DNA of 64,000 nucleotides from an uncultured Gemmatimonadales bacterium (GCA_963793305.1 CAWBZV010000005.1:1216001-1280000), one strand, 5' to 3'. Counted from the first letter of the stretch, positions 24,280-35,012 are shown. A program made the numbers and translations. The notes: generated from the letters alone by a model not told the origin.

Positions 24280-25414
24280 CTACGCTCCCTTCGCGGCGCG
24301 TCGACGACGCGCCTCGACCAATCCGCACCGAATCGATCTTGGCACGAATCGGTACGAGCATCGACTCGGGCAGCGGCGCGTACTCGAGCGATGTTTCGAC
24401 GCGCTGCCCGTCACGCAACCCCCAACGCAAGAAATCCACGAGCTTCCGTCCTTTCACCGAGTCCGGTTGATTCCTATAGACCAGGATCCACGTAAACGAG
24501 GAGATCGGGTACGCGGCGGGACCCGGTGCGTCGATGATGGACATGCGGAAGTCTGTCGTCGCCGGCAGGTGCTCCGCGACGGTCGCCGCCGCGGCTGTTA
24601 TCGACTCGACGGAGGGCATGATGAAATTCCCCGCCGCGTTCTGGACCATGCCGCGCGGCAACAAGTGTGGGTGAGCGTACGCCAGCTCGGCGTATCCGAC
24701 CGCGCCGGGAACCTCCTTCACCTTGTCGGCCACTCCCTCGTTTCCGTCCCCGCCGACACCGACCGGCCACTGGACTTGCCGCCCGCGACCCGGCCCCGCC
24801 GCCCACTCGGGGCTCACGCGAGACAGATAGTCCGTCCACACGTATGTCGTCCCACTGCCGTCCGTCCGGTGCACCACCAGGATGTCCTCGCTCGGCAACC
24901 GAACGTCGGGGTTCAAATCCTTCAACCGCGGATCGTTCCACTTCTTGATCTTGCCCAAGAAGATGTCCGCGATCACCGCCGGCGTGAACTTGAGCGGTGC
25001 AATGACCTGGACAAGGTTGTAGATGAGCACATCCGCACCCAGCGCCGTTGGCACATGGAGCACCGGGCCACCCTTCGCCACCGCGATCTCCTGGTCCGAC
25101 ATTGGCCCGTCTGTCCCGCCAAAATCCGTGAGCCCGCCGGAGAACTCTCGCACACCAGCGCCCGATCCAATCGACTTGTACGCGATATGCACGCCGGTCT
25201 TTGCCCCATAGTCCACGGCCCACTTAGCGTAGAGCGGGTACGCGAACGTCGAACCCGACCCAACCAAGTCCGCCTTTAGGGTATCGCCCGCGACAATAGT
25301 GGGCGCAGGCCCTCCGGGTGTATCCGTCTTCCCGCCACCGCATGCACCAGAGGCAAGAGTGACGACCACCATCCACACCGCTCTCACGCGTGTCATGCTC
25401 CCAAGCCCTCTCAT
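24280..25414 (-). CDS. pstS: Second phosphate-binding protein PstS, lipoprotein (stop inferred at TAG 24280-24282 after a probable frameshift near 24318)
   Basis: GSGSTFAYPLY, SIGSGAG, DFGGTD, HRTDGSGTT and YPISSFTW motifs. Confidence 0.88.
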
Positions 25415-26592
25415 CGGTTCGCCCCATCCTGAATCGGCGGCGCCGGCGGTTGCGGTCCCGCCGCGGCGAGGCTGTGATCGTAGGCCGTTCGCTCGTCGGC
25501 GTGACTCGTGAAGTACGTGGAGTCGAGTTTGCTGGCGCGATTCCACTGACTCACCGCCTCCGCGTGACGCCCGAGCTGCGCCGACGTGAGCGCCAACGCA
25601 CCCCACGTCTCAGGTTGATTCGGCGCCAGACGGGCCGCCCCCCGAAACGCCTCCAGTGCGTCAGGCCACCGATCGAGTCGCTGCAACGTCGCGCCGATCT
25701 GGAACCAGACCGACGCATCCGTCGGCGCGATCCCACGCGCGGTCTCCAGCGTCGCGAGCGCGTCGTGCAGACGTCCAACGGAGCCGAGCGCGAAGGCGAG
25801 GCTGTAGTACCCCTTGAGATTCGTCGGCGCCCACGCGACGGCATCGCGCGCGACTGGTACCGCGTGCGACGGATCGCCGGACAGGTTCAGCGCTCGGGCC
25901 AAGCCGAGCGCCGCGTCGACGAAGCGTGGCCGCAGTCGCAACGCGGCGCGGAAGCTCGCGACGGCCTCCGCGGGACGCCCAAGCTCACTCAGCGCCGCTC
26001 CGACGCCGTACTGTGCGGCGGCGTTGTTCGAGTCGAGGGTCACGGCCGCGCGGAACTCGTCAAGCGCCTGCTCCGTCTGCCCCGCGTCCTCCAACGCCAA
26101 CCCCAGCGCAAGTCTGGCGAGCTCGTTGTTCGGGTTGCCAGACGCCACCTTCCGGCACGTGTCCAGCCGCGGCGCGCCATTCGGTAGGTGCTCGCACCGA
26201 TACAGCATCGCAGCAACCGCCTGCGCTGTCGCCGGTGGCCCTGGAATGGCGAGCGCGCCTATCGCGATCAACCCCGCGCCCGCTGTGGCACGATGCCGCG
26301 CCGCCCATCGCCGGATAGCGGCGAGCGCTGTCAGCTGAATTACCGTGACCAGCGCCACGGTCGCCGCCGCTATCGACCATCCGACGTGAAAGTACAAACG
26401 GATGAGACCGCCAAGGAGATAGCAGACGTACCCGAGAGAAATCGCGACCAACACACCGCGAACCCAAGCCCAGCGCCCGGCATGCAGATGCGTCTCCTGC
26501 CAGAGCCATGACAGCAAGAGCCCAACGCCTCGGGCCAGCGTCACCGCGACCGGCCAGAAGAAGAGCGGACTCATGCCAAGTCCCAAGCTCAC
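25411..26592 (-). CDS. Membrane-anchored tetratricopeptide repeat protein
   Basis: 3-4 N-terminal TM segments, then about six TPR repeats (ALGLAL..AG...A...FRAA..L). Confidence 0.82.
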   Translation of the reverse strand: MSLGLGMSPLFFWPVAVTLARGVGLLLSWLWQETHLHAGRWAWVRGVLVAISLGYVCYLLGGLIRLYFHVGWSIAAATVALVTVIQLTALAAIRRWAARHRATAGAGLIAIGALAIPGPPATAQAVAAMLYRCEHLPNGAPRLDTCRKVASGNPNNELARLALGLALEDAGQTEQALDEFRAAVTLDSNNAAAQYGVGAALSELGRPAEAVASFRAALRLRPRFVDAALGLARALNLSGDPSHAVPVARDAVAWAPTNLKGYYSLAFALGSVGRLHDALATLETARGIAPTDASVWFQIGATLQRLDRWPDALEAFRGAARLAPNQPETWGALALTSAQLGRHAEAVSQWNRASKLDSTYFTSHADERTAYDHSLAAAGPQPPAPPIQDGANR

Positions 26593-26621
26593 AGTGCGTC
26601 ACCATGCGCACGCGACCCGAC

Positions 26622-26641
26622 ACATACGGCCATACGCATAT
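26622..26641. promoter_or_regulatory. Candidate ArsR operator (ATATGCG-N6-CGCATAT family)
   Basis: ACATACG-gccata-CGCATAT; matches sites at 32020 and 33342. Confidence 0.65.
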
Positions 26642-26711
26642 GCAGATCCAACTTGCCGACACGCAGGGTGACCGTCAAGGTCACGTCGGCCGCGTTACGG
26701 GATCGTGTCCG

Positions 26712-27422
26712 CTACGCCGGCAGCTCCGACCGATGCTTGATGCTCTTGCCTTCGGCCAGAAACACTGCGTCCTCCGCGATATTCGTCGCGAGATCCGCCA
26801 CCCGCTCCAAGTTCCGGCTCACCAGAAATAATTCCAGCGCCGCCGAGATCGTCGACGTGTCTTCGAGCATGTGCGTGATGACGATCCGGTAGATCGAGTT
26901 GTGGAGCGCATCCACGGCGTCGTCCCTCGCACAGACGTTCCGCCCCAACGCACCGTCGGTCTGAATCAGCGCATCCAACGCGTCGTCGAGCATCTCGCGT
27001 GCCAGCCGCGCCATCTCCTCGATCTCGGGATCCGGCGTGATGTTCGTTCCCATGTCGATGAGCCGCAGCGTCGACTGCGCGATGTTCACCGCGTGATCGC
27101 TGACGCGCTCGAGATCGTTCGAGACCTTGAGCGCGCTCACCACGAGCCGAAGATCGCGCGCCATCGGCTGCTGCAACGCCAGGAGCGAGACCGCGAGATC
27201 GTCGATCTCCATCTCCAGTCTGTCGACACCCCGGTCGGCCGCGACAACCGACCGCGCCAGATCCGAGTCCCGTTTCAGGAGCGCGTCGACCGACATGGCC
27301 ACGTGCGCCGTGGCCCGATCCGACATCTGGAGCAGCCGGCTCTTGAGGAGGTCCAGTTGCTCCACCATGTGCCGAACGGCGGCCGGTGCATCATTCGCAA
27401 CGCCCGCGGTCTCGTCGGTCAT
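26712..27422 (-). CDS. phoU: Phosphate signalling protein PhoU
   Basis: [22 protein letters not shown] and [13 protein letters not shown] motifs. Confidence 0.95.
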   Translation of the reverse strand: MTDETAGVANDAPAAVRHMVEQLDLLKSRLLQMSDRATAHVAMSVDALLKRDSDLARSVVAADRGVDRLEMEIDDLAVSLLALQQPMARDLRLVVSALKVSNDLERVSDHAVNIAQSTLRLIDMGTNITPDPEIEEMARLAREMLDDALDALIQTDGALGRNVCARDDAVDALHNSIYRIVITHMLEDTSTISAALELFLVSRNLERVADLATNIAEDAVFLAEGKSIKHRSELPA

Positions 27423-28273
27423 CCGAATCGGCCCGTGATATAGTCCTCCGTCTCCTTCTTCGACGGGTTCTGGAACATCGTATTGGTGAGGTCGAACTCG
27501 ATCAATCGCCCCAGCAGAAAGAACCCCGTATAGTCCGACACCCGTGCGGCCTGCTGCATGTTGTGCGTCACGATCACGATCGTGCAGGTATCGACCAGAT
27601 GCAACAGCAGCTCCTCGATCTTTGCCGTCGCGATCGGATCGAGGGCCGAACACGGCTCGTCGAGGAGCAACACCTCGGGCTCGATCGCCAGCGCCCGCGC
27701 GATGCACAGACGCTGCTGCTGTCCACCCGATAGCGAGTACGCCGAGTCGTGCAGCTTGTCCTTCACCTCGTCCCAGAGCGCGGCTCGGCGGAGACTGCGT
27801 TCGACGTGCTCTCCCAGCTCGCGCGCGGTACCCGTGATGCCATTGACCCGGCGGCCGTATGCCACGTTCTCGAAGATCGATTTCGGAAAGGGGTTAGATC
27901 GCTGAAACACCATACCCACCCGCCGCCGGAGCCGCGTGATATCCATCGACAGCACGTCGGCGTTCTCCAGCAGGACCGTCCCCTCCGCCCGCGCGTGCTT
28001 CACGGCCTCGTACATACGGTTGAGGGTACGGAGGAACGTCGTCTTCCCGCAGCCCGATGGTCCGATGAACGCCGTGATATGATGCTCAGGAATCGCCACG
28101 CTCACATCGTACAGCGCCTGCGTCTTCCCATAAAAACAGTTGAGGTGACCGATCTCGAGCTTCGCGGGCACAGTGGCCGGCAACGAGCGGATCGCACTCG
28201 TTGCAGCGGACGATGGCAGCGGCCCCGGCTCGTCCAGGTGCCAGTCCGCGACGACGCGCGGGTCCCGAGTCAT
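27419..28273 (-). CDS. pstB: Phosphate ABC transporter ATPase
   Basis: [25 protein letters not shown] and [10 protein letters not shown]; start uncertain. Confidence 0.95.
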   Translation of the reverse strand: MTRDPRVVADWHLDEPGPLPSSAATSAIRSLPATVPAKLEIGHLNCFYGKTQALYDVSVAIPEHHITAFIGPSGCGKTTFLRTLNRMYEAVKHARAEGTVLLENADVLSMDITRLRRRVGMVFQRSNPFPKSIFENVAYGRRVNGITGTARELGEHVERSLRRAALWDEVKDKLHDSAYSLSGGQQQRLCIARALAIEPEVLLLDEPCSALDPIATAKIEELLLHLVDTCTIVIVTHNMQQAARVSDYTGFFLLGRLIEFDLTNTMFQNPSKKETEDYITGRFG

Positions 28274-28293
28274 ATCAGCGGCGCGCTCATGAC

Positions 28294-29145
28294 TCAGCGC
28301 ATGCCATGGCGCCGCCGTCTCGACAACAGGAGACGAGCCGACACGTTGATCATCAGAATCAACATGAGCAAGACAAATCCCGCCGCCCACGCCTGCCGGT
28401 GCCAGTCGTCGTACGGCGCGATCGCGTAGGTGAAGATCATGACCGGAAGCGACGCGGCCGGTTGATTCCATCCCGGGCTCCAGAACCGATTGCTGAAGCT
28501 GGTGAAGAGCAGGGGAGCCGTCTCACCCGCCACCCGAGCGAGATCGAGCATCACGCCGGTGATAATGCCGTTGATCGCGGCGGGGATCACGACGGTCACG
28601 ATGACCTGCCACTTCGAGGCGCCCACAGCCAGCGCCCCCTCCCGGAACGAATCCGGCACCGCATGCAGGAACTCTTCTGTGCTGCGAACCGCGATCGGGA
28701 TCATCATCACCCCGAGTGCGATCCCACCCGCCAGCGTCGAGAAGTGCTTCATGGGCAGCACAATCAATGTGTACGCGAATATCCCCATGACGATCGACGG
28801 CACGCCGTTCAACAGATCCGTCACATACCGCACGATGAACCCGTAGCCCGCCCCACTGTACTCGGCCAGGTACACGCCGCCGAGGAATCCAATCGGGATC
28901 CCGATCGCGCTCGCCAGGGCGAGGACCTTGGCGCTCCCGACGATGGCGTTCGCCATTCCGCCCCCCAGCTCGCCGACCGGCTTTGGCAGCGCCGTGAAGA
29001 ACGCCCAATTCAGGTTGCGGCCGCCGTTCCACAGCAAGTACCCGAGGATGAAGAACAACACACCCGCGATGAGCACCGTGCACAACCCGGTCAAGCTCAT
29101 CATCACGCCATTGATAACGCGGCGCATGCGGAGGCTATCCGTCAT
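28294..29145 (-). CDS. pstA: Phosphate ABC permease PstA
   Basis: [17 protein letters not shown] and RVAGETAPL motifs. Confidence 0.95.
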   Translation of the reverse strand: MTDSLRMRRVINGVMMSLTGLCTVLIAGVLFFILGYLLWNGGRNLNWAFFTALPKPVGELGGGMANAIVGSAKVLALASAIGIPIGFLGGVYLAEYSGAGYGFIVRYVTDLLNGVPSIVMGIFAYTLIVLPMKHFSTLAGGIALGVMMIPIAVRSTEEFLHAVPDSFREGALAVGASKWQVIVTVVIPAAINGIITGVMLDLARVAGETAPLLFTSFSNRFWSPGWNQPAASLPVMIFTYAIAPYDDWHRQAWAAGFVLLMLILMINVSARLLLSRRRRHGMR

Positions 29146-30119
29146 GCAGCGGGTACCCGTTCGGTGGTCGTGAGAATGAGCAGTCGGGCCAGTGCGTTGA
29201 TCACAATGGTCAGCCCGAACAACACGAGGCCGAGCTCGATCAAGCCACTGATGTAGAGATCGCTGGTGGCCTCGGTGAACTCGTTGGCGATGACGGCGGC
29301 AATCGAGTACCCCGGCGCGAACAGCGACGCGCTGATCTTGGGATCATTGCCGATGACCATCGTGACGGCCATTGTCTCCCCGAGCGCCCGAGCGAGCGCC
29401 AGGAAGATCGACCCGTAGATGCCACGGCGCGCAAAGGGCACGACGACACGCCACGTCGTCTCCCACTGGGTTGCGCCCACCGCCAGCGATGCCTCGCGTT
29501 GCTCCGTCGGGACCGCGAGCAGTACCTGTCGCGACACCGATACGATGAACGGCAGGATCATGATCGCCAGCACGACACCGGCCGAGAAAAAGCTGACCCC
29601 GTAGAACGGTCCCTTGAAAAATGGGAGGAATCCAAGCGTGCCGTTCAGGACAGGATACGCGGTCACCTTCAAGATCGGCACAAGAACGAAAATCGCCAGC
29701 AGGCCGAAAATCACGCTTGGCACCGCGGCGAGGAGCTCGATCAAGAACGTCAACGCATCGGAGATCCGCGGGGGCGCGAGCTCGGAAAGAAAGATCGCGG
29801 CGCCAATGCCAATGGGCACCGCCAACGCCAGCGCCAGCATCGACGTCACGACGGTGCCATACGCGAATGGCAGCGCTCCGAACGTACCGGCAACGGGATC
29901 CCAGGTCTGCGACACCAGGAACCCCCATCCGAACTTGTGGCGCGCCAACGTGGAGCCCACGAACAGCTCCCGGACGAGCAAGCCCGTGACGAGTACGATG
30001 CTGGTCGCCGACGCCAGCGTAATGAGGTACGCCACCTCGTCGCCACGTGCGAGGCGTCGAAGAAAGCCGCGCGCCCCGACCGTCGGAGCGCGCGTTGGAT
30101 CAACCGTCGCAGTGACCAC
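29142..30119 (-). CDS. pstC: Phosphate ABC permease PstC
   Basis: ELLAAVPSVIFG and RALGETMAV motifs; start approximate. Confidence 0.95.
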   Translation of the reverse strand: MVTATVDPTRAPTVGARGFLRRLARGDEVAYLITLASATSIVLVTGLLVRELFVGSTLARHKFGWGFLVSQTWDPVAGTFGALPFAYGTVVTSMLALALAVPIGIGAAIFLSELAPPRISDALTFLIELLAAVPSVIFGLLAIFVLVPILKVTAYPVLNGTLGFLPFFKGPFYGVSFFSAGVVLAIMILPFIVSVSRQVLLAVPTEQREASLAVGATQWETTWRVVVPFARRGIYGSIFLALARALGETMAVTMVIGNDPKISASLFAPGYSIAAVIANEFTEATSDLYISGLIELGLVLFGLTIVINALARLLILTTTERVPAA

Positions 30120-30124
30120 CAAAA

Positions 30125-31138
30125 CTATTGGATGAGGGCGATGGCCTTCGTTTCTTTGGCGATCACCGGCTTCGGAAGTTGGGCGTAGGAGAGCGCCTCC
30201 GTGAGGCCTTGCCCCGGACCCAGCATCCAGTGCAAGAAGTTGACGATCGCCTCGCGCTTCTTGGCGTCCGCAATCTTGCTCGGAACCAGGAGCCACGTGA
30301 AGCTCGTCACCGGATAGGCCGTCGCACCGGGAGCATCCGTAATCGACACCCGGAAATCATCCGGCATGTTCGCGGCAGCGCCCGCGGCCGCTGCGGTGAG
30401 ACTCGCCAGATCCGCCTTGATGAACTTGCCGGCCGCATTGCGCACCTGGCCGTACTCCATCTTGTTCTGAACGGCGTAGACCAGCTCGACGTACCCGATC
30501 GATCCCTGCGTCTGCCGAACCAATCCAGCCACGCCCTCATTCCCCTTTCCGCCGAGCCCAACGGGCCAGGCGACCGAAGTACCAAGCCCGATCTTCTGCT
30601 TCCACTCGGGACTGATCTTGCACAGGTAGTCGACCCACACGTAAGTCGTTCCGCTGCCGTCCGACCGGTGCACAACGACAATGTCGCTACCCGGAAGCTT
30701 GACCTGCGGATTGGCGCTGGCGATTGCCGGGTCGTTCCACTTCGTGATCTTCCCGAGGAAAATGCCGGCCAATGCCTCTGGGGTGAAGTTGAGGTCAGTC
30801 GTCACGCCAGGCACGTTGTAGGCGGGCACGTCGGCACCCAGGACCGTGGGGTAGTGGAGTATGCCGTATCCGTGCTTTTGCTGGAACTCAGCCAACTGCT
30901 GGTCGTTCATGGGACCGTCGCTCGCCCCGAAATCGACCGTGCCTTCCATGATCTGCCGAATACCGCCTCCCGATCCGATCGACTGATAGTTGATCTGCAC
31001 GTCGGGGTGCACGGTGCGATACGCGTCGAACCATTTCGAGTACATCGGATACGGAAACGTCGCTCCGGCTCCGGTCAGGTTGAGTTGGGCGGCGCCGGGC
31101 GTCGCGAACGACAGGAACATCGAGCCGGCAATGACCAT
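30125..31138 (-). CDS. pstS: Phosphate ABC substrate-binding protein PstS
   Basis: GAGATFPYP, SIGSGGG, DFGASD and HRSDGSGTT; start may extend to 31222. Confidence 0.95.
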   Translation of the reverse strand: MVIAGSMFLSFATPGAAQLNLTGAGATFPYPMYSKWFDAYRTVHPDVQINYQSIGSGGGIRQIMEGTVDFGASDGPMNDQQLAEFQQKHGYGILHYPTVLGADVPAYNVPGVTTDLNFTPEALAGIFLGKITKWNDPAIASANPQVKLPGSDIVVVHRSDGSGTTYVWVDYLCKISPEWKQKIGLGTSVAWPVGLGGKGNEGVAGLVRQTQGSIGYVELVYAVQNKMEYGQVRNAAGKFIKADLASLTAAAAGAAANMPDDFRVSITDAPGATAYPVTSFTWLLVPSKIADAKKREAIVNFLHWMLGPGQGLTEALSYAQLPKPVIAKETKAIALIQ

Positions 31139-31433
31139 CCCGTGGCGAACACGGATCCGAGCGCGATCGAGTGCGATCACGGAGCTTCTCCGAAGTGAAT
31201 GAGTGGCGGTGAAATGCGGCACCGAGACGGCGACCTCGGGCTTATGGACCTATCCTCATGCGCGCATATTTCTCAGCGCTCACAAGGTGGGTAGGTCCCG
31301 GCCCACCGATCATGTCGGCCGGGTCACACATACGTAACGGCCGACGCACCTCTCCCAGAGATGGCCACTAAACCGATCGTTAACCGTCTGTCCCTGCCTT
31401 CGCGCAGCACGGGACGGCCCGTCCCTTGTCGAA

Positions 31434-31982
31434 TCAGCGCCCATCCGGCGCCGCGGCGGCCGCGACACTCTCGTCGGCCGACTCGTGCCCGATGGCGCGC
31501 ATCCGCTGCTCCACGGCCTCGCGCGCCAGCGTATCCATAGGAATGGCCAGCATGAGATCGACGCGCCGCTCCATGACCAATGCGGTGTGCCAGAACGCAC
31601 GCCGGCGCTGCTCCTCTCCGTCGACGCCCGCGGGGTCTTCGATCCCCCAGTGCGCGAAAATGGGGTGACCCGGAAAACTCGGACATGCCTCGCGAGCGCG
31701 GTCACACACGGTGATCACGAAGTCCCACGATTGTCCCGCGAGCGCTTCTACGCCTTTCGGCCGGCGATCCGCCCAATCGATCTGGCGGTCGCGCAGCACC
31801 GCGATAGCCAATGGGTGCACCTCTGCCGCCGGCGCAACGCCAGCGCTCGCGACCTCAAATCGCCCGTGGCATTTCGCGCTCAGCAACGCCTCGGCGATCT
31901 GGCTTCGGGCCGCATTTCCGGTACAGAGAAAGAGCACGCGGAGGGGCCGATGCCCCGCGCCACTCGACTCGATCGCGTTCAT
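31434..31982 (-). CDS. arsC: Arsenate reductase ArsC (LMW-PTP, thioredoxin-coupled type)
   Basis: CTGNAARSQ P-loop; TVCDRAREACP resolving cysteines; HWGIEDP. Confidence 0.9.
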   Translation of the reverse strand: MNAIESSGAGHRPLRVLFLCTGNAARSQIAEALLSAKCHGRFEVASAGVAPAAEVHPLAIAVLRDRQIDWADRRPKGVEALAGQSWDFVITVCDRAREACPSFPGHPIFAHWGIEDPAGVDGEEQRRRAFWHTALVMERRVDLMLAIPMDTLAREAVEQRMRAIGHESADESVAAAAAPDGR

Positions 31983-32019
31983 GGCTTATGCCCTCTGGAC
32001 AGGCGGGAATTATATGTGC

Positions 32020-32039
32020 GTATGCGTCTGTCCATATAT
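32020..32039. promoter_or_regulatory. Candidate ArsR operator upstream of arsC
   Basis: GTATGCG-tctgtc-CATATAT. Confidence 0.65.
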
Positions 32040-32081
32040 ACATAGCCCGCGCGAGTGCGTTCGCAAGGAGCGGCTCGCGCG

Positions 32082-32876
32082 TCAGTGTCGAGCGCCGGTA
32101 GAGTGGCCCGCGTCGGACGGACGCGAGACAACGCCACCGGTCCGAAGATAGTCGGCGAACTCGTGCGGCAAGTCGCTGGCGAGTATCCCCTGCATAGCGC
32201 GGTCGAGATCGTAGTCCACGCGCACGAACTCGACGGCCACGGCCCCTGCACCCACATCGAGCAACACATATCCCGCGCGCCAGTCGCCGTCCTTTGGCCG
32301 CCCGACGCTGCCGGTGTTCAAGAAGTGAACGCCCTCGACCACCCGATGCCACGGCTTGTGCGTGTGACCGAACGCCAGCACGTCACCCGGCCGCGCGCCG
32401 GCGAGCTCCGCCATCTTCGTGCAGAAGGTGTCCGGCCGGTCCTCGGTCCAGTAGACCGTATTGAGCGTCGGCGTCCCGTGCACCAGCGTAACCGTAGGCC
32501 CCGCGACGTGGCCGCCGAGCGGACGGAGATCGAGTCGGAACGGCAGCGTCCCGAGATACGCCTTGGTCGCATCCGAGGTATGTCCCAGTGTCCACGCGTA
32601 GCTCTCGTGCGACAACGCCTCCTGGTGCGGATCCTCGTACTTGCACCCGCAGTGCTTGTAGGCCGTCGCGACGGTGGAATCGTAGTTCCCGTTGACGCCC
32701 GGGATCCCGTGCGTGCGCAGCAGCGCCACCGTCTCATTGGGCCACGGCGCATAGCCGACCAGATCGCCGAGATGGTACGTGGCGCCGATCGATGCCCCGC
32801 GCGCGCCAATGTCGAGCAGAACGGCTTCGAGCGCGGGCAGGTTCGCGTGAACGTCGGATAGCAACGCGTATCGCAC
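32082..32876 (-). CDS. Calcineurin-like metallophosphoesterase
   Basis: SDVHAN, GDLVGY, GNYD, HG and GHTH motifs, plus a CGC motif. Confidence 0.92.
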   Translation of the reverse strand: MRYALLSDVHANLPALEAVLLDIGARGASIGATYHLGDLVGYAPWPNETVALLRTHGIPGVNGNYDSTVATAYKHCGCKYEDPHQEALSHESYAWTLGHTSDATKAYLGTLPFRLDLRPLGGHVAGPTVTLVHGTPTLNTVYWTEDRPDTFCTKMAELAGARPGDVLAFGHTHKPWHRVVEGVHFLNTGSVGRPKDGDWRAGYVLLDVGAGAVAVEFVRVDYDLDRAMQGILASDLPHEFADYLRTGGVVSRPSDAGHSTGARH

Positions 32877-32969
32877 GAAGACCTCGGAGTCGAAACTGTT
32901 ATCCCAACGACGAGTCAGTCATCGGCGTCGCCGCGATCGTCCGTGGGCGCTCCTCGGACGTCTGCGCGA

Positions 32970-33338
32970 TCAGCATGGATCGGACTCGCGGTCTTGCACG
33001 CGCGCCTCCGCGGCCGCTCGCTCATCGTCCAGCGACTCGATGCCCTTGAAGCAGCTCTTCACGCAGTTGAGCAACGTCCGATGGACCATGTGTTCGGGCG
33101 GCAAAAGCCGATAGTGCGCGAACTGCCCCGCCCGCATCACCTCGACGAGCCGCGCGTGACGGAGCGCCGCGAGATGCCGCGATACGGTGGGCTGCGGCAG
33201 GTCGAGGAGCGCGGTGATATCGCACACGCACAGTTCGCCGGCGGCAAGCACGTTCAGGATCCGCAGGCGCGTCGGGTCCGCGAACGCCTTGAACAGCGTG
33301 TCAACCTTCGCGACGGTGGGTGCAGTGGCGGGGCTCAC
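32970..33338 (-). CDS. arsR: ArsR/SmtB family regulator
   Basis: ADPTRLRIL, ELCVCD and VSRHLA motifs. Confidence 0.93.
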   Translation of the reverse strand: MSPATAPTVAKVDTLFKAFADPTRLRILNVLAAGELCVCDITALLDLPQPTVSRHLAALRHARLVEVMRAGQFAHYRLLPPEHMVHRTLLNCVKSCFKGIESLDDERAAAEARVQDRESDPC

Positions 33339-33341
33339 CGC

Positions 33342-33361
33342 TTATGCGCTGAGGCGCAAAT
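33342..33361. promoter_or_regulatory. Candidate autoregulatory ArsR operator
   Basis: TTATGCG-ctgagg-CGCAAAT just upstream of arsR start; TTGACG-N17-TGAAAT promoter further upstream on minus strand. Confidence 0.7.
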
Positions 33362-33445
33362 GTGCATATGCGAATTTCATCTCCGCGCAACGCGAACGTC
33401 AAGTCACGATCACGCACGCGAACGACGATCGTCCGCCCCAGTATC

Positions 33446-34531
33446 TCAAGCAGCCCGCGTGTCCTCGCCGACCATTCTGACGATCTCGTCCACGGCCACC
33501 CGCGCGCTCCGTCCGACGCCCACGAGTGTTGCCGACGCATACCCAGTCCAGTTCCCATAGCCGACAAGCCACAGCCGCGGCGCGAGGAGCGCCCGCGTCT
33601 CATCGGTTCGGACTCGTCCGTCCGGCTCGATGACGTCGAGTGACGCGAGATGCTGGAGCGCCGGCCGAAACCCAGTCGCCCACACGATCGCCTCGACCTC
33701 GCGCGATGTTCCGTCCGACCATACCGCGGCACTTCCCTCCAGCCGATCGAACATCGGGATCGGATCGAGCACACCACGCGCACGCGCCTCACGAACCGCA
33801 GGTACACTCACGATGTCGCCCAGACTCCGCGAGGGCGGGGGCGGACGACCTTCGCGCAACGCACGGTATCGTTCCGTCGCCTGCTCGAACAACACGCGGC
33901 CATCAACGTCATCCGGCAGAAATCGCGGCGCCTCACGCGTCGCCCACACAACATCGGTCACATCGGCTAGCTCCGCCACGATCTGTGCACCGGAGTTGCC
34001 ACCGCCGACGACGATCGTGCGCCGCCCTCGCAGCAGCTCCGGTCCGCTGTAGTGCGCCGAGTGCAGTTGCATCCCTCGAAACAGCGCGGCGCCTGGCACA
34101 AGAGGCACAACGGGGTTCGCCCACGTACCGGTCGCGCTCACCACCGCGCGCGCGACCCACATGCCACGATCCGTCTCGACGTGCAGCTCTTCACCCACTC
34201 GTCGGACCGCCTGTACGCGAACCGGCCGCTCGACCGGCAGAGCGTAACGCGACTCATAGGCCGCGAGATACGCGACCACTTCATCGCGCGTCGGGTATTC
34301 GCCATCGGCAGCGAGCGGCATCATCCAGCCCGGCAGCGAGCTCCACTGCGCCGGCGAGAACAACCGGAGCGAGGGCCATGTCTCGCGCCACGCGCCACCG
34401 GGCCCGGCCTCCGCATCGAGCAGCACGAATGATAGGCCCGTCCGACGTAGATAGTAGCCGACCGCGAGCCCTGCCTGGCCGGCGCCGATCACGACGACAT
34501 CGACAGGTCGCGCCGTCTCAGCGACCGTCAC
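33446..34531 (-). CDS. arsO: ArsO family flavin-containing monooxygenase
   Basis: GAGQAG, SLRLFSPAQWSSLPG, LHSAHY, GGGNSG and WTGYASATL motifs. Confidence 0.88.
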   Translation of the reverse strand: MTVAETARPVDVVVIGAGQAGLAVGYYLRRTGLSFVLLDAEAGPGGAWRETWPSLRLFSPAQWSSLPGWMMPLAADGEYPTRDEVVAYLAAYESRYALPVERPVRVQAVRRVGEELHVETDRGMWVARAVVSATGTWANPVVPLVPGAALFRGMQLHSAHYSGPELLRGRRTIVVGGGNSGAQIVAELADVTDVVWATREAPRFLPDDVDGRVLFEQATERYRALREGRPPPPSRSLGDIVSVPAVREARARGVLDPIPMFDRLEGSAAVWSDGTSREVEAIVWATGFRPALQHLASLDVIEPDGRVRTDETRALLAPRLWLVGYGNWTGYASATLVGVGRSARVAVDEIVRMVGEDTRAA

Positions 34532-35012
34532 GCCCGTTCGTGATAGGCCGCACCATCACGACAGCCGACGCTGGACATGCACTTGTGAACTCCTCCGTCG
34601 CGGCGACATCGGCCGGCACGGACGCGCGCGTGGTCTCGGTGAAGCCGAACTTCGGGAAGTAGTGCGCCGCGGTCGTCGTCAGCAGGTACATCGCGTGCAG
34701 CCTTCGCTCTTCCGCCTCCGCGATGACCCGGCTCACGAGTGTGCGCGCCAACCCCTGCTTCTGCCAGGCCGGCGCGACCGCGACGGAACGCAGCAGCCCA
34801 TTGTCGCAACACAGCTCCAGACCGGCCACGCCCACCAACTCGCCGCGATGCTCCGCCACGACGAACGTCGTGATCGCACCAGCGACTCCGACCACCGGCA
34901 GGTCCGACGCCGTGAGTAGCTGCTCGACGGCCGGCAGATCGTCCGCCGTCGCCGCCCGGAGCGTCGGCCCATCGAAGCGGGGCTTCGTTGCTTCGATCAC
35001 GCTCATCGTCAC
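34518..35012 (-). CDS. arsN2: Arsenic resistance N-acetyltransferase ArsN2 (GNAT)
   Basis: LLRSVAV, YLLTTTA..YF and EEFTSACPASA motifs. Confidence 0.85.
   Translation of the reverse strand: MTMSVIEATKPRFDGPTLRAATADDLPAVEQLLTASDLPVVGVAGAITTFVVAEHRGELVGVAGLELCCDNGLLRSVAVAPAWQKQGLARTLVSRVIAEAEERRLHAMYLLTTTAAHYFPKFGFTETTRASVPADVAATEEFTSACPASAVVMVRPITNGRDGR

Noticed and set aside
23831..25606. 591-aa extended PstS overlapping the aquaporin
   Set aside because: Extension is Arg-rich shadow sequence; one base removed near 24318 gives a stop at 24280
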